From an uncultured Planctomycetaceae bacterium (GTDB taxonomy: Bacteria > Planctomycetota > Planctomycetia > Pirellulales > PALSA-1355), in the NCBI GenBank assembly GCA_963785305.1, contig CAWAUV010000007.1:160001-224000 (forward strand): a stretch of DNA of 64,000 bases, given 5' to 3'. Position numbers and translations under genes: made by a program. This document shows positions 29,931 through 39,295 of this stretch, one piece after another. Below the pieces are notes generated by a model. That model was not told where the DNA came from. It worked only from the letters and a program-made list of their open reading frames with translations, and ran no database searches. Positions within the stretch are counted from its first letter, which is position 1, and every line of letters begins with the position of its first letter.

Positions 29931-30584
29931 ATGTGTGGAGTTTTTGGATTTGTGGCGAAAGAACAGGGCCCGATGAACCTGAAAATCCTGAGCCGGGTCG
30001 CTAGGGTGACACAGCGGCGCGGGCCGCATTCGTGGGGCATGGCGTGGATCGACAGCAAGGGACGCATGCGGATGTACAAGCAAGTCGGCAAGATTACCGA
30101 CGGCCTCGGCCTGCTGAGCATGGCGCGGGACGCCACGATGCTGATTGGCCACTGCCGCTACGCCACGCACGGCTCGCCGGAGAACAACCTGAACAACCAC
30201 CCGCACCCCAGCGACGGCGGCTGGATCGTGCATAACGGCGTGATCCAGAACTACCGGAACATTATTGACCAGCACGACCTGCACCCGATCACCGAGTGCG
30301 ATTCCGAAGTCCTGGGCATGCTGGTGGAGCAACTGGAAGGAACACGGCTTGAGCGTTGCGTGGGCGCGGTACGGATCGCCAAGGCCAGCGCGCCGCTTGC
30401 GATGCTGGGGTTGTGGCCCGACAGCCTCGTGGCCGTGCGAGCCAACGGACAGCCGTTGCATATTGGCGAAACGAGCCGCGGGTATTACCTTGCATCCCTT
30501 GCCGATGGACTGCCCGGCCACGTTGCCCCCATTGCCGACGACAACGCGATTGTGTTTGGCGAAGACGGCCATAACCTTACCTAG
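29931..30584 (+). CDS. Class II (Ntn) glutamine amidotransferase
   Basis: MCG start, RRG, GHCRYATHG, HNG and DSE motifs. Confidence 0.9.
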   Translation: MCGVFGFVAKEQGPMNLKILSRVARVTQRRGPHSWGMAWIDSKGRMRMYKQVGKITDGLGLLSMARDATMLIGHCRYATHGSPENNLNNHPHPSDGGWIVHNGVIQNYRNIIDQHDLHPITECDSEVLGMLVEQLEGTRLERCVGAVRIAKASAPLAMLGLWPDSLVAVRANGQPLHIGETSRGYYLASLADGLPGHVAPIADDNAIVFGEDGHNLT

Positions 30585-30602
30585 ACTCACAACGCATACC
30601 CA

Positions 30603-30827
30603 ATGGAAAATATGACAATGGCGAAATTCAAAAGCGAACGACCCGAGCCACGCGCGACAATGGTGGCCTTGAGGCTGACGGCTGGGCAGGCGGAGCTACT
30701 GACGACGCTTGCCGAGCGACTGGAGGTTGGCAGGTCGGAGCTGGTGCGCATGGCCCTGGACTACTGGCTTGAGAATTCGCCAGAAGCCGCCGACGCCACG
30801 ACCGAGAAGAAGAAGCGGAAGAACTGA
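30603..30827 (+). CDS. CopG/RHH regulator
   Basis: VALRLT...L...A...RSELVRMAL. Confidence 0.7.
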   Translation: MENMTMAKFKSERPEPRATMVALRLTAGQAELLTTLAERLEVGRSELVRMALDYWLENSPEAADATTEKKKRKN

Positions 30828-31055
30828 CTAATCGTCCGCCGGGTCGACCGGCTCGCCCTTCTCGTTGACGACAAACGTCAACGCAACCTCGACCGTCTCG
30901 CCGAACATCTGCACTTTCTTCGTGCAGGTGTCGCATTGAAACACCGGCCATTCGCCGCCGCCGTCCTGCGACACGACGCCAGACGCCTGAAGTAGCCGGG
31001 AGCACCCCGGGCAGTGATAGGTTTGAGGCGATACCATAGGCCCCCATTGTAACAT
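30828..31055 (-). CDS. Small zinc-ribbon protein
   Basis: CPGC ... CDTC. Confidence 0.55.
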   Translation of the reverse strand: MLQWGPMVSPQTYHCPGCSRLLQASGVVSQDGGGEWPVFQCDTCTKKVQMFGETVEVALTFVVNEKGEPVDPADD

Positions 31056-31073
31056 CGGCGCCGCACATCGACA

Positions 31074-31694
31074 TCAGTCCCGCTCCTCGGCGCCAAGGCC
31101 AGATTGCTCGATGAACGCCACCAGTCTGGCCGCGTGAGTCTCTTTTTCGGGAAACTGCCCCCGCAGCCCGCGGAGAAACCCGAACCACGCCTGCTGCTGA
31201 TCTTCGTCGTCAAAGACCAGGTTGTACGAGATGACCATTTCGTTGGCGGGTTCTTCCCCCGGGTCGCCGTCCTCCTCGCTGTACAAGCCAGCGTCTTTGG
31301 CGAGGTCCGCCAGCATTTCTTGGAGGGCGTCGCTCCCCGTCTCCACCTCCCGCAGCAGCTCGTCCAGCTTCTGCGGGTCCACCTCGGAAAGCTCGCCGAT
31401 GGTGTCGAGCGTAGCCAGGGCGATGGCTTCCTCTTCCGGCGACAGGTCGACATATTCGACGTCGATGAGCGGCTGCTCACTCTGGAGCGCCTGCCAGACC
31501 CGCTCGTGGCCGTCGATCAGGTTGCCGGTCCGCTTGTTGACCGTCACCGAGCGAATGAAGCCGACCTCTTCGATGGCGGCGCCCAGCGCGGTCCGCTGCT
31601 TTTGCGGATGCTTCCGCCAGTTCAGCGGATGGGCCAAGAGCTGGTCCGGGGCGACCTTTCCGTGCCCGACGATTTTTGACTTCCAGACTGCCAT
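31074..31694 (-). CDS. ParB-like N-terminal domain protein
   Basis: HPLNWRKH, GFIRSV.VNKRTGNLIDGHER motifs. Confidence 0.8.
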   Translation of the reverse strand: MAVWKSKIVGHGKVAPDQLLAHPLNWRKHPQKQRTALGAAIEEVGFIRSVTVNKRTGNLIDGHERVWQALQSEQPLIDVEYVDLSPEEEAIALATLDTIGELSEVDPQKLDELLREVETGSDALQEMLADLAKDAGLYSEEDGDPGEEPANEMVISYNLVFDDEDQQQAWFGFLRGLRGQFPEKETHAARLVAFIEQSGLGAEERD

Positions 31695-31791
31695 TTGTGC
31701 TAACTAACTGTATGTGTGCTTTCCGGGGCTTTTTGTACCGCTATTTGGCCGAAATGCTCTAAAAGGACCCGAATGCCGGGGGTGGGGTAGG

Positions 31792-32229
31792 TCACGGGCC
31801 TGTCAGGCTTTGGCAGTCAACCTCGTGAGCCCAAGTCATTGTCGTTTCGTCGGCGTCGGTCAGCGTGATCGCATACACGACGCGGTAGGTTCCGACATTC
31901 GCGAACACGCTGCCCGCAACGGTGTGCAGGAAGTTCCGGCCGATACTGTCCACTGGCCGGCCGTATTGCGTCCAAACGTTGTCGGCCACCAGCGAACTCG
32001 AAATCACCGACGAGTCGATCGCTGGGCTATCGACTTGGGTCGCCGGCGTCGTCTCCAAGTCGGCCGAATACCACACCGAGCAAGCGATCGTCGAGACGTC
32101 GGCCGCCGTGATTGCAATTCCTTCGTTGGCAACGGTGGCGCCAGAACCGGCCTTCGCTACCAGACGAGCTTGGAACGTGTTGTTGTTGCCGATAGGCGAT
32201 TGTGTTGTGCTCGCGATAATCAGGCTCAA
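31792..32229 (-). CDS. Phage hypothetical protein
   Basis: 145 aa, co-oriented with neighbouring phage genes. Confidence 0.55.
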   Translation of the reverse strand: MSLIIASTTQSPIGNNNTFQARLVAKAGSGATVANEGIAITAADVSTIACSVWYSADLETTPATQVDSPAIDSSVISSSLVADNVWTQYGRPVDSIGRNFLHTVAGSVFANVGTYRVVYAITLTDADETTMTWAHEVDCQSLTGP

Positions 32230-32401
32230 TCAGAACCGCCTTTCGCCGCCGTGGGTCCGGGCACATAGCAGACACCTTCGCGCGGACCGGGTGAATAGCA
32301 TACCGAGGCAGTCAATCGAAATGGCCCGATGTTTGCCGCCCCCGTTCGCCAAAAACGGCGAGCCCAGTATCGCGGAGCGAAATATCTGGATGCAAAAAAC
32401 A

Positions 32402-34600
32402 TCAGACAGGCACATTGAGGGTTACCATCGATCTGTCGCCAAACGAATCAACCTCCGCCGTAATCCGTGCATTCCCGCTCGGATTTCCGGCCGTCCAGTA
32501 CGTGACTGTCGTGCCATTGGCTCCGGTCGCGATCGAGGCACATGCTGACGCAAGGACGGCTAACGCCTGCCTGGCATTCAGTGCTGTGAGTCTCGTGCCG
32601 GAATCGTTCGTGAGCGACGAGCTTGCCGTGATCCCGGACTCGATCAGCACGCTGTCGAGCCCGTTGGCCGCGAGAACGACCCCTACGTGTAGTGCGTCCA
32701 AATATCCAGCGCGCGTCGCCGTGTACCCCTGATTCGCCAACCCGGTTTGAACGGCCGCGGCGACGGCGCTCGATCCAGTTTGCGTCACAGCAGTGGCAGC
32801 CGATGTCGCTGCGTTCGCTGCTTGCGTGGAGGCCGTCGCCGCGTTGGTGTTGATCGTGCCGATGCGCGTGTCGCCCAATGCCGTGAGCCCGGCGCCAGAG
32901 GTTCCAATAGTTGTCGCGATCGCGGCGGCGTCCGTCGCTGCTGTCGAAGCGCTCGCTGCGGTCGCATTCAATGTGCTGCGGTCGGTGGTCGTAAAATACG
33001 CCATAACCTGCTGAGTGACCCACGATTGGCCGCCGATGATTTGCGTGCCCTCGCTCGTGGACGCCGTCACTTCCCAAATCAACAGCACTTCAGTGTCCGT
33101 CGAATTGATCGTCGCCGTGAATGTGTATTTGCCTGTCGCGGCATTGGTGATCGAGCTTAGCCGCGCCGCGTAGCTGTTCCCGGCCGGATCCTTGACGGTG
33201 ACTGTCGGCCCGCTTGTGACGTTGACCATGACGCCAGCGGAATTGCGCAGATAGATGGTGAGCGGATAGGCAGTCGAACCGCTCGATGGGATTTGAATCG
33301 CTGGGGGAAGCGACAGGCTGATCGTGGTGTTGTTCTGAATGACCTGGACGTCGGACTGCGCCGCTATCTGACCGCTGATGGCGGCAAGCTTGGTCGAGAA
33401 TAGCCATCCAAAGCTGTTAGTCACGTGGTTGAGGTTGGATATCAATGCCTCCCAGATTCCGAAGACGAAAATATTTACGGCCATCGCATTTGGAGAATCG
33501 ACAAGGTCTTGCTGCGAGCCGGGGTATGATCGGCTACTGACCGCCGCGTCGAGATAGTTCAGCCGCGAATCGACCTTCGACACTGGCGGAATGTTGAGCG
33601 AGCCGATGTTGAAAGCTGGCGTGCCGGTAAGGTTTCCGGCTGTCCAGGTGACCGCATAAACCGCGTTCGCGCTCGCGTCGCCGCTTCCCGATACATAGGC
33701 CACGCTGGCGACCGGCCAGCCTTGCGATAAGAACGCGGCCTGAATCGACGACGAAGGATCGTCGTAGGGAATGCCGAGCATGCTCGAACCGGAGCTAGGG
33801 CCGAGCTGCCATGCGCCGGCGTTGGCATTCGTCAGAGTGAGCGAGAACTGCTGCTGCACTGCTGAAGTGCCATCCGAGAAATAATTAAACTGCCCGTCGT
33901 TAGAATCGCCCACATACCATCCAAACCAAACCGTCAGGGCGTCGCCGACGTTAAAGGCGGTCGTCGGATATAGGGCATTGGCGTTGAACAGAACTGGCCC
34001 GCTTCCGCCGCTGAATTGCCCCGCCATTTGCGCGAAGGTGGTTCCGTCAAGGAACTGGGCGTAGCCCGAGTTTCCCGACATTGTGCTGATGTCACCGCTA
34101 TGGTCGTTCCCGTCGGAGTCCGCGGTATTGATATACATCGCTCCGCCTCCGGCGAAATAGGCGTCGCCGGGGTTGGGGCATGTCGGGTCCGATTGGAGCG
34201 TCCATGTGTTGCCGGAAGTCCCGCTCTCGAAGTAACTGGTCGCGTTGAGCGAGAACGGGTCTGAGCCGATGCTGCCCGGGGAAGATGCGGTCAGAGTTAC
34301 TGGAGTTCCATAGTTTTGGATCGGGCCGCCGCTAGCGACCCAAGGAACATCGTTCACCGCGAGAATGCCAGTGATCTGCGAGGCGGTCGCCCAGATCGGA
34401 ATGTAGATATAGTTTCCGCTGTACTGCCAGACTGCCCATCCATTTGCGCAGCCAGCCACCGAGGCGCTGACCTGAAACTGCACCGATGCTGCCGAGCCAG
34501 CGCTGCCCGCGTTCGTCTCGACAAGCTCCACGTCGGAGCCGTCGGCGATGTACGGGCGCCCCAGTTGTCTACCGGCGCTGTCATTCCTTGTTGCTCTCAA
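32402..34600 (-). CDS. Large Ser/Thr/Gly/Ala-rich virion-associated or adhesin-like protein (true start may be near 34700 via a frameshift)
   Basis: 732 aa, beta-rich composition, C-terminal RQAL...RITAEVD...R..VTL pattern. Confidence 0.6.
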   Translation of the reverse strand: MRATRNDSAGRQLGRPYIADGSDVELVETNAGSAGSAASVQFQVSASVAGCANGWAVWQYSGNYIYIPIWATASQITGILAVNDVPWVASGGPIQNYGTPVTLTASSPGSIGSDPFSLNATSYFESGTSGNTWTLQSDPTCPNPGDAYFAGGGAMYINTADSDGNDHSGDISTMSGNSGYAQFLDGTTFAQMAGQFSGGSGPVLFNANALYPTTAFNVGDALTVWFGWYVGDSNDGQFNYFSDGTSAVQQQFSLTLTNANAGAWQLGPSSGSSMLGIPYDDPSSSIQAAFLSQGWPVASVAYVSGSGDASANAVYAVTWTAGNLTGTPAFNIGSLNIPPVSKVDSRLNYLDAAVSSRSYPGSQQDLVDSPNAMAVNIFVFGIWEALISNLNHVTNSFGWLFSTKLAAISGQIAAQSDVQVIQNNTTISLSLPPAIQIPSSGSTAYPLTIYLRNSAGVMVNVTSGPTVTVKDPAGNSYAARLSSITNAATGKYTFTATINSTDTEVLLIWEVTASTSEGTQIIGGQSWVTQQVMAYFTTTDRSTLNATAASASTAATDAAAIATTIGTSGAGLTALGDTRIGTINTNAATASTQAANAATSAATAVTQTGSSAVAAAVQTGLANQGYTATRAGYLDALHVGVVLAANGLDSVLIESGITASSSLTNDSGTRLTALNARQALAVLASACASIATGANGTTVTYWTAGNPSGNARITAEVDSFGDRSMVTLNVPV

Positions 34601-34758
34601 TGGAAACAGCGAATCGACAGTCCTTCCCGTTCGGGGAGATTTCGACGCCAGCGGCGCTTTCCCGATCGCGAAGAACGCGGCATGCGTAAACGCTTGCCAT
34701 CAACCAGATTTTACGGATTGCGCGGCTTCGTCTCTGGTCGCTACCAACTACTGTATGA

Positions 34759-34977
34759 CTATTTTTTTCTGAACCGGCGCCGCTGCCTCGGAGCCTGCGA
34801 CAGTGGCAATGTTATTGGCGGTTGGTCGGAACGGTAACCGCAACCACGACAGCCGATATAGCGCCGGCGGGTGTTGAGTATTACCTTGCTGTCGACCACC
34901 TGTAGGAAGCGCTTATGGCATTTTGGACATTCCATCCCCAGATGATCTCGCTGCCCATCGCTTGATCTACGATCCAT
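34759..34977 (-). CDS. Ogr/Delta-like zinc-finger regulator
   Basis: MECPKC...VVDS...RRYIGCRGCGY. Confidence 0.55.
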   Translation of the reverse strand: MDRRSSDGQRDHLGMECPKCHKRFLQVVDSKVILNTRRRYIGCRGCGYRSDQPPITLPLSQAPRQRRRFRKK

Positions 34978-34992
34978 CGCCGTTCTCCTGCA

Positions 34993-35172
34993 CTAAAACG
35001 GAATTCCATCATCGCCAGGCCCGGCTTTCGGCAGCAGCCGCACGGGCCGATTCCCATTCCGGCTCGCGCCGCTGGTTTCCTGCGCTGCCGCCTCGAACAC
35101 GGTCCCGACCAGAGCCGCCAGAGCGCCCGTTGCCCGAAGCGCCGAGCGGTTGAATGAACTCATCGAATACAT
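34993..35172 (-). CDS. Small protein ending in an SSB-tail-like DDGIPF
   Basis: GGAG upstream of ATG 35172; 59 aa. Confidence 0.4.
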   Translation of the reverse strand: MYSMSSFNRSALRATGALAALVGTVFEAAAQETSGASRNGNRPVRLLPKAGPGDDGIPF

Positions 35173-35200
35173 CTCCGGGTTGGTGTTAATTTGGAAAAAG

Positions 35201-35420
35201 TTGTCTTTGGGACATAAAGGACGTTTGGGACGGGGTCTTGAAAACCCCATAGCGTGCGCGTGCGCCTGCGCGCGTGCGCACGTGTAGGATGTCCGAAAAA
35301 AAGCGTCCCAAACGTCCCAAAGTCGAGCATCCTAAACCCCAGCCTTGATTTACGTCCTGAAACAAGTGTCCCAATTGCGTCCCATTCGGGACATTTGGGA
35401 CGGCATCTTGAAAACCCCTA
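35201..35420. repeat. GGGAC/GTCCC iteron cluster, candidate phage replication origin
   Basis: About ten GGGAC-like units in both orientations; 25-bp imperfect direct repeat at 35224-35248 and 35394-35418; directly downstream of the primase. Confidence 0.65.
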
Positions 35421-37871
35421 TGGGGCCCATTCTCGCGAGTCGGACCTATATCCCGCATGTCTCATTTGTTCAGGAAGGTCATAGTGGACCGGGCGTGCCA
35501 GCGTTCCAACCCAAAGGATGCCGCGCCCCTGTGCGCGGGAGGGGTTCGGCTTCAGGTGCTTAGATACGCCTTCCGAGTCCCACTGTTCGATCTTTCGAAT
35601 GACCTCGGCGCGCCGCTGATTGGAATGATTGGCCTCATTCACCCAAGCGACAGCCAGGTCCGCGGCGATATGCACTGTGTCGGTTTCCGGCGTGTAGCCA
35701 TAGCCGTGAAGCTTCTGGGCGAAATGATCCTCCACGTAGCCCGCTTCCTCGTCGTCCGAATTGATAGCATCGCGACGCTCGACAATGACTCGCTGGGCGT
35801 CTGCCGGCTCCGGCAACCGCGACAAAACCTCTTTCTCCCACGTTCCCCATCGCGTATAGCCTGGCATTTTCGCCCGTGAACCTTGGAAAAACGCCGCGAT
35901 GTCCGCGATGATTTCCCAGCGATTTCGATCGACGTAGGCTTTGGCCTCATCCTCCCAATCGCCAGAATGCACGGGCTTCGCGAGCTTGACCATCACGACG
36001 CGCTGGGCCATGTCCTTCGACATGGTCGGCCCATTGAGCGTCAGACACCACAGAAGCGTGTTCGGCCGCGTGCGGTCGCCTTTGTACATTTGATGACCCG
36101 AGATCCCCGGCGCCGTGATTAACGATTCGAGTTCCGCCCAACTCAGTCGGTTGGTTTTCACATTGTCGAACAGGACGATCCGCTTCGTCAGCGATTCCGG
36201 CGTCAGCAACCTCTTTGTGATTTCCGACGCCTTGTCGTCCTTTGAGATCGCGAACAGGCCGCCGACAAGCCGCCCTATCAACTCGACCAGTTTGCTCTTG
36301 CCGACGCCGCGGCCAGCATCCGACACGATGACAAACGCGGGCCTGTCGCCCCCGCCTCCGCCCCAGAACGCCGTGGCGAACATGGCACGCATTAGGTCGG
36401 CGTCGATCGTCGTTTCGGGACAAAACATGGCCAGCAGTGCATCGAGCGCACGGCCGTTGCCCGGCTCGATTGGGCCATGTGAATAATAGTGGCCATCAAT
36501 CGGCGGGAAGTGCGGCAAATCCTCGATCGCCTTATAGGCCGTGGCCGTCCTCTGAAGTTCCGAAAACAACTCATCTTGGGTCGCGCAGCTCGGCCCACGA
36601 TGCCAAACCACTTTCGGCCGTTGGCTTCGAAGCCAGCCGAAGAGTTCGGCGGACCTACCCAAAGTGGCAAGGCCATGAAGGGGGTCATCGCAAAAGAGCG
36701 TGTTATTTACGCGGCGGGGCCATCCGTTCGTCTGCTGCATAAGACGGCTCATGATCTGCGCCATCGAAAACGGGAATGTCTCGGGAGTTTCGCCCCCCAC
36801 CTTAACCGCGTTGGTAACGAAGCTCAGATCGAGCACTGTGGCTGCGCCCTGATCCGCGTCGATGGCTTGCTTCGTGATCTTGTCGCCGTAGCCCTGCTTG
36901 GCCAAGTCGTGCGCCGCTGCGGCGAAATCGCCAGCATGAATTAGAACGGCCCAGGCTGCGAATTTCGAATAACTGCCGCATACCTTCCCAACCGGTATCT
37001 CGAAGGGGCAAGCCGAACTGCTGAACACGCAAAACAGGTCATTGCCGGCGACGCTCACGTTTCCCGTTGTCGCTGACCATGCGAAGTCCTTCCCTGGGCG
37101 CCGCCAGTAGCAGCGACCACCGCTTGAGTGCGTTTTCACCCATCCCGCGGGCTCCAGAACTTCTTCCCACATTGCCCGCCGGTTGAAGTCGTCGCCCGGA
37201 GATAAACAGCCTTGTGCTCGCGGAGTCGATTCTGCGGAACCGGCGGACTCGTCAAAGACTTCGCTGAATGATCGCGCCACCATGAACAGCGCGGCGCGCT
37301 GCTCCGGCGCAATTCGCGGGACGTCGACAACATGGGGGCCGCTGAAATGCACGTATAAGCCACCAAGTTTGTGGCACGCCGCTGGAGAGCCTGGCGCCAC
37401 AACGTAACCACCTTCTCCACGTGTCTCGAAAAGTGCCTTTTGGCGTGGTCGGCCTTCGTCGTTAATCCAACGCCGGATCGCCAGTTTTTGATTCCCTTCG
37501 ACCTCGTCGCATCGGTAGAAAACCTGATAATTGCCGCCACCGGTCTGGTGAATCGGCAGCCGGCTTATCAGGCCTGGAACGAGGCGCTCGACTTCGGTGC
37601 GGAACGGCATGAAGAGCGTGGCCTCGTCGATGTCGATCACCTCAAGGTTGCCGGAGACCGCACCGCAGATTATTCCGACGCCGAGCGTGTCGCGGTCGTA
37701 CCATTTTCGGACGGTCGGTTCGTCGGCAATTTGCGATTGAAACTGCTTCCATTTGAACGGTGGCGCCTTGCTGCCGTCCGGGAGGATCGGGATCACCGCC
37801 AAACCGGCATTGCGATATTTCATCGCTATGGAGAGCGGCGTGGTCGCGTCGCCCTGATCGCTTGAAATCAT
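35418..37871 (-). CDS. Bifunctional DNA primase/polymerase fused to a P-loop domain
   Basis: GSKAP..KWKQFQ, GIICGAVSGNLEVIDID, ETRGEGGYVVAPGS; C-terminal GRGVGKS and LFDN. Confidence 0.88.
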   Translation of the reverse strand: MISSDQGDATTPLSIAMKYRNAGLAVIPILPDGSKAPPFKWKQFQSQIADEPTVRKWYDRDTLGVGIICGAVSGNLEVIDIDEATLFMPFRTEVERLVPGLISRLPIHQTGGGNYQVFYRCDEVEGNQKLAIRRWINDEGRPRQKALFETRGEGGYVVAPGSPAACHKLGGLYVHFSGPHVVDVPRIAPEQRAALFMVARSFSEVFDESAGSAESTPRAQGCLSPGDDFNRRAMWEEVLEPAGWVKTHSSGGRCYWRRPGKDFAWSATTGNVSVAGNDLFCVFSSSACPFEIPVGKVCGSYSKFAAWAVLIHAGDFAAAAHDLAKQGYGDKITKQAIDADQGAATVLDLSFVTNAVKVGGETPETFPFSMAQIMSRLMQQTNGWPRRVNNTLFCDDPLHGLATLGRSAELFGWLRSQRPKVVWHRGPSCATQDELFSELQRTATAYKAIEDLPHFPPIDGHYYSHGPIEPGNGRALDALLAMFCPETTIDADLMRAMFATAFWGGGGGDRPAFVIVSDAGRGVGKSKLVELIGRLVGGLFAISKDDKASEITKRLLTPESLTKRIVLFDNVKTNRLSWAELESLITAPGISGHQMYKGDRTRPNTLLWCLTLNGPTMSKDMAQRVVMVKLAKPVHSGDWEDEAKAYVDRNRWEIIADIAAFFQGSRAKMPGYTRWGTWEKEVLSRLPEPADAQRVIVERRDAINSDDEEAGYVEDHFAQKLHGYGYTPETDTVHIAADLAVAWVNEANHSNQRRAEVIRKIEQWDSEGVSKHLKPNPSRAQGRGILWVGTLARPVHYDLPEQMRHAGYRSDSREWAP

Positions 37872-38250
37872 CACGCCGTTGCCCCTAAGGTCTCTGCCAG
37901 TTCGTGTTGGAGAACGTCGGCAGCCAGACCACAGGCCGCGCATGACCGCCTTCGCGCTGCGCAAAAAAGGATCGGCGACATGATCGATCGGCCGCCCTGA
38001 CGATCACCCGCCAGAACGAACGGGATGGCCACGCCGATCCATCGATAGATCGATGCGAGAACCGCCTTTGACTTGCTTCCCGAGAGTCGATTTTTGCGAT
38101 TAGCCTTAGTAGAATCCATCCACGCGATTCAATTCTATGAACAGGCCAGGGACTAGGGTTCGTGGCCTCTTCGCTTGCGCCAACATCGCGGCGTCGGCTT
38201 GCCTGGCATCCTGTTTGTCGTCGGGCCGTTGCGGCCCGAATCAAGCGTAA

Positions 38251-38862
38251 TTAAAAGGTTGGGCGATCCTCCGGCGCGATCCATCCATCGAAGCCGTCAT
38301 CATCGGCATCGCCGGCGAACGCTGCCTTGAAGCCGAGCGTCGATCCTGTTCGGCGCAGCCGCGAAAGATTGGCGCCATCCTCTTCAAGCTCGTATTTCAG
38401 GATGTGGCGGCGCTGCTCGAACTCTTCCTGAATGTCGATGATGTCCCACGACTCATGGCCAGCAAGCAATAGAACGCGGCGGATGAACTTGCAGGCCGCG
38501 ATCACGAGGCGGTAATAGATCACCTTGCGACTGCCTTGCGCGACACGCTGCGCAATGGAGCGCTCCCGACCAAGTGACTGATCGCGAAGGCGCTCCGCGA
38601 GCATATAGAGCCGAAGCACCAGCACGTCGTAGGGCTCCGCCGTCTCATCCTGGCCGGCCAGCCGAACACGAGCCGATTCGATCAGGTCGGCGCGTTCGTC
38701 GGCGTCGATCAGGTCGGCAACGCCATCGCTCTCCAGCATGCCGATGCCGCGATTCAAGAGCGTGTCCGGAAAAGGCGTGCGCAGCACGCGTCGCATTTTG
38801 TTCGCGAAAGCTAGACGTCGATCACGCATGATATCGCTCCATCGGTTTGGTGGTGGCGGCAC
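38251..38862 (-). CDS. Hypothetical protein
   Basis: 203 aa ORF between the excisionase and primase genes. Confidence 0.55.
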   Translation of the reverse strand: MPPPPNRWSDIMRDRRLAFANKMRRVLRTPFPDTLLNRGIGMLESDGVADLIDADERADLIESARVRLAGQDETAEPYDVLVLRLYMLAERLRDQSLGRERSIAQRVAQGSRKVIYYRLVIAACKFIRRVLLLAGHESWDIIDIQEEFEQRRHILKYELEEDGANLSRLRRTGSTLGFKAAFAGDADDDGFDGWIAPEDRPTF

Positions 38863-38877
38863 GAGTAAAAAGCCGGA

Positions 38878-39186
38878 TTACAACCCCATCGCGGCTAGCT
38901 CGGCTTCCGCCGCAGCGATGGACCGCTGTGTGCTGGCGGTCGGCTGGGCGGGGAGCTGCGTGCCGTTGGCTTGCGCGGTGAGCGCCGCAAAGAATCGGTC
39001 CAAGGCCTCGCGACTGGTGAATCGCGAGCCGCCGACCTGTATGAACTCAAGCTTCACGCCGCGGCAACCCGACGACATCCAGCGGTAGATGCAGCTTGTG
39101 TTAACCGGGCGCCCCATTCGGCGATGGGGAAGAGATTTCGCGGCTTCAGAGGGCGAGATAAGGTTTTCGGTGTTCTTGTCGACCAC
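38878..39186 (-). CDS. DUF1580-like excisionase/HTH protein
   Basis: EAAKSLP...IYRWM..GCRGVKLE...GGSRFTSREAL.RF. Confidence 0.8.
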   Translation of the reverse strand: MVDKNTENLISPSEAAKSLPHRRMGRPVNTSCIYRWMSSGCRGVKLEFIQVGGSRFTSREALDRFFAALTAQANGTQLPAQPTASTQRSIAAAEAELAAMGL

Positions 39187-39295
39187 GGCAATACTCCACA
39201 GTGAAAGAGCGAATTCGCGTCACTGTGGAAATTGTGCGTTTCGTGGGGCGGCTAACAAGAAAGCAAAGGAAAGGCTTGCGAGCGCTTTCCTTTCG

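Noticed and set aside
35201..35420. Repeat cluster as a CRISPR array
   Set aside because: Repeats are short, irregularly spaced and in both orientations; no cas genes are present.
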